DNA of 63,942 nt from NCBI RefSeq assembly GCF_001194135.2, contig NC_068993.1:13349827-13413768 (forward strand), given 5' to 3'. Source of the DNA: Octopus bimaculoides. Taxonomy: Eukaryota. Of this stretch, positions 62,831 through 63,942 are shown piece after piece; position 1 is the stretch's first letter; every line of letters starts with the position of its first letter. Below the pieces are notes generated by a model. It saw only the letters and a program-made list of their open reading frames with translations. It did no database searches and had not been told where the DNA came from. A program made the position numbers and the translations under genes.

Positions 62831-63043
62831 GTGTATGTGTTTATGTGACAGGTAAATTTGCCATTGGATAGATTGACATCTTTTCAATCGGCCATATACT
62901 GAAAAGACGTGGAATTAATTCTCACAAAAGGTTTTCAAATAAATAAATAAATAAACCATGCTAAGTACATCTACATCGATTGATATATATATATATATGG
63001 ATTCTGACTTTTCTACACACACTCACTCAGAAACAAAAGTATA

Positions 63044-63079
<36 letters not shown>

Positions 63080-63215
63080 CGTGTATGTGGAGAGAGAGAG
63101 AGAGGGAGAAAAATATTTAGGGTAAGATTGCTGTTCACATTCATTTACTCTCTCATATGCACACACATGCATTACAGAGTCATCTTACATTCTTGTTTCG
63201 CTCGAGATATTGGTA

Positions 63216-63250
63216 ATCGACGTTTCGGATAAGGTTCTTCATCGGGTCGA
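63216..63250 (-). ncRNA. Degenerate hammerhead-ribozyme-like motif
   Basis: CCGATGA A GAA-CCTTA-TCC GAA ACGT C: one core change (U4 to C) and a mismatched stem II. Confidence 0.45.
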
Positions 63251-63904
63251 CACATGCGATGTTTTGCTTTAGAAATAGATACAAATGAAGTAGAAGGGAA
63301 ACTAAAGCACATTCTTATAAAGACTTCCAGCATTTAGCGTGCATCTAGAACTAAGAATGTTAATGTTGCGGAGTGGAGTACGAGTCGCTTTTCTATGTTT
63401 TTTCTGTAATGTTATTTGAGTACCAAAGACATTTTTCGCGTTGACATCTGAGTTGAAATAATCAAAATCTTAGAACGCTTAAAAGTTTAATAGCCAATTG
63501 TCATATGCAGAACTCGTTTTTAAATACGCACATGTACTAGGTATTTAATACGCCATATTTACGAGAAATATCACATCGAGAAGTATCACATAATTGGGTA
63601 TATTAAATATATTATATTATTTTATTATTTTATTATGAAATACATTAACCCACCCATACACACACATATAAACATGTCTTCCTTTAATCAGTATGTTTTA
63701 AAATCTCAACCTAACAACCTGTAATCTTTTTTTATGTCAATTAGCCCTGATGAGATTTTGCTCATAATATTCTAAACGCAAATTTTATTCTACTTTGTTT
63801 ATAAATTTGTATTGAGTAAAATTGTAACAATTGTAGGGATTTTTAATTAACTATGCGTTAATAAATTAATTCACATCTATATACGCTCCATTTTTTTCTA
63901 GTTC

Positions 63905-63942
<38 letters not shown>

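Overview
This is a eukaryotic, AT-rich, gene-poor draft-assembly window with five N gaps. The density of (TA)n/(CA)n/(CT)n/tri- and tetranucleotide microsatellites and the tRNA-derived SINE families suggest an octopod cephalopod (Octopus-like); this is an inference from repeat content. There is no long, recognisable protein-coding ORF: nearly every ORF in the supplied track is a microsatellite or gap artefact. Well supported: about 30 SINE copies or fragments from at least four modular families, a decayed 3'-truncated Tc1 transposon (24781-25627, minus), a hAT-type MITE with a perfect 8-bp ATCTAGAC target-site duplication, and a Tc1/mariner-type MITE. Most notable observations: (1) dispersed minimal type-I hammerhead ribozyme motifs of the kind carried by Penelope-like retroelements, best at 23912-23947 (minus) and 37921-37960 (plus); (2) a perfect 19-bp/GAAA hairpin at 9018-9059; (3) isolated splice-site-flanked candidate exons suggesting a long-intron gene, including a 21-nt microexon that can splice into a Cys-loop-receptor-like YGYNSQDVIYRW motif; (4) a TATA/Inr-like candidate promoter at about 45.8 kb; (5) an inverted SINE cluster at 55-58 kb that would form long dsRNA. 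All exon, promoter and ribozyme-activity calls are hypotheses from manual reading, and most repeat boundaries are approximate.
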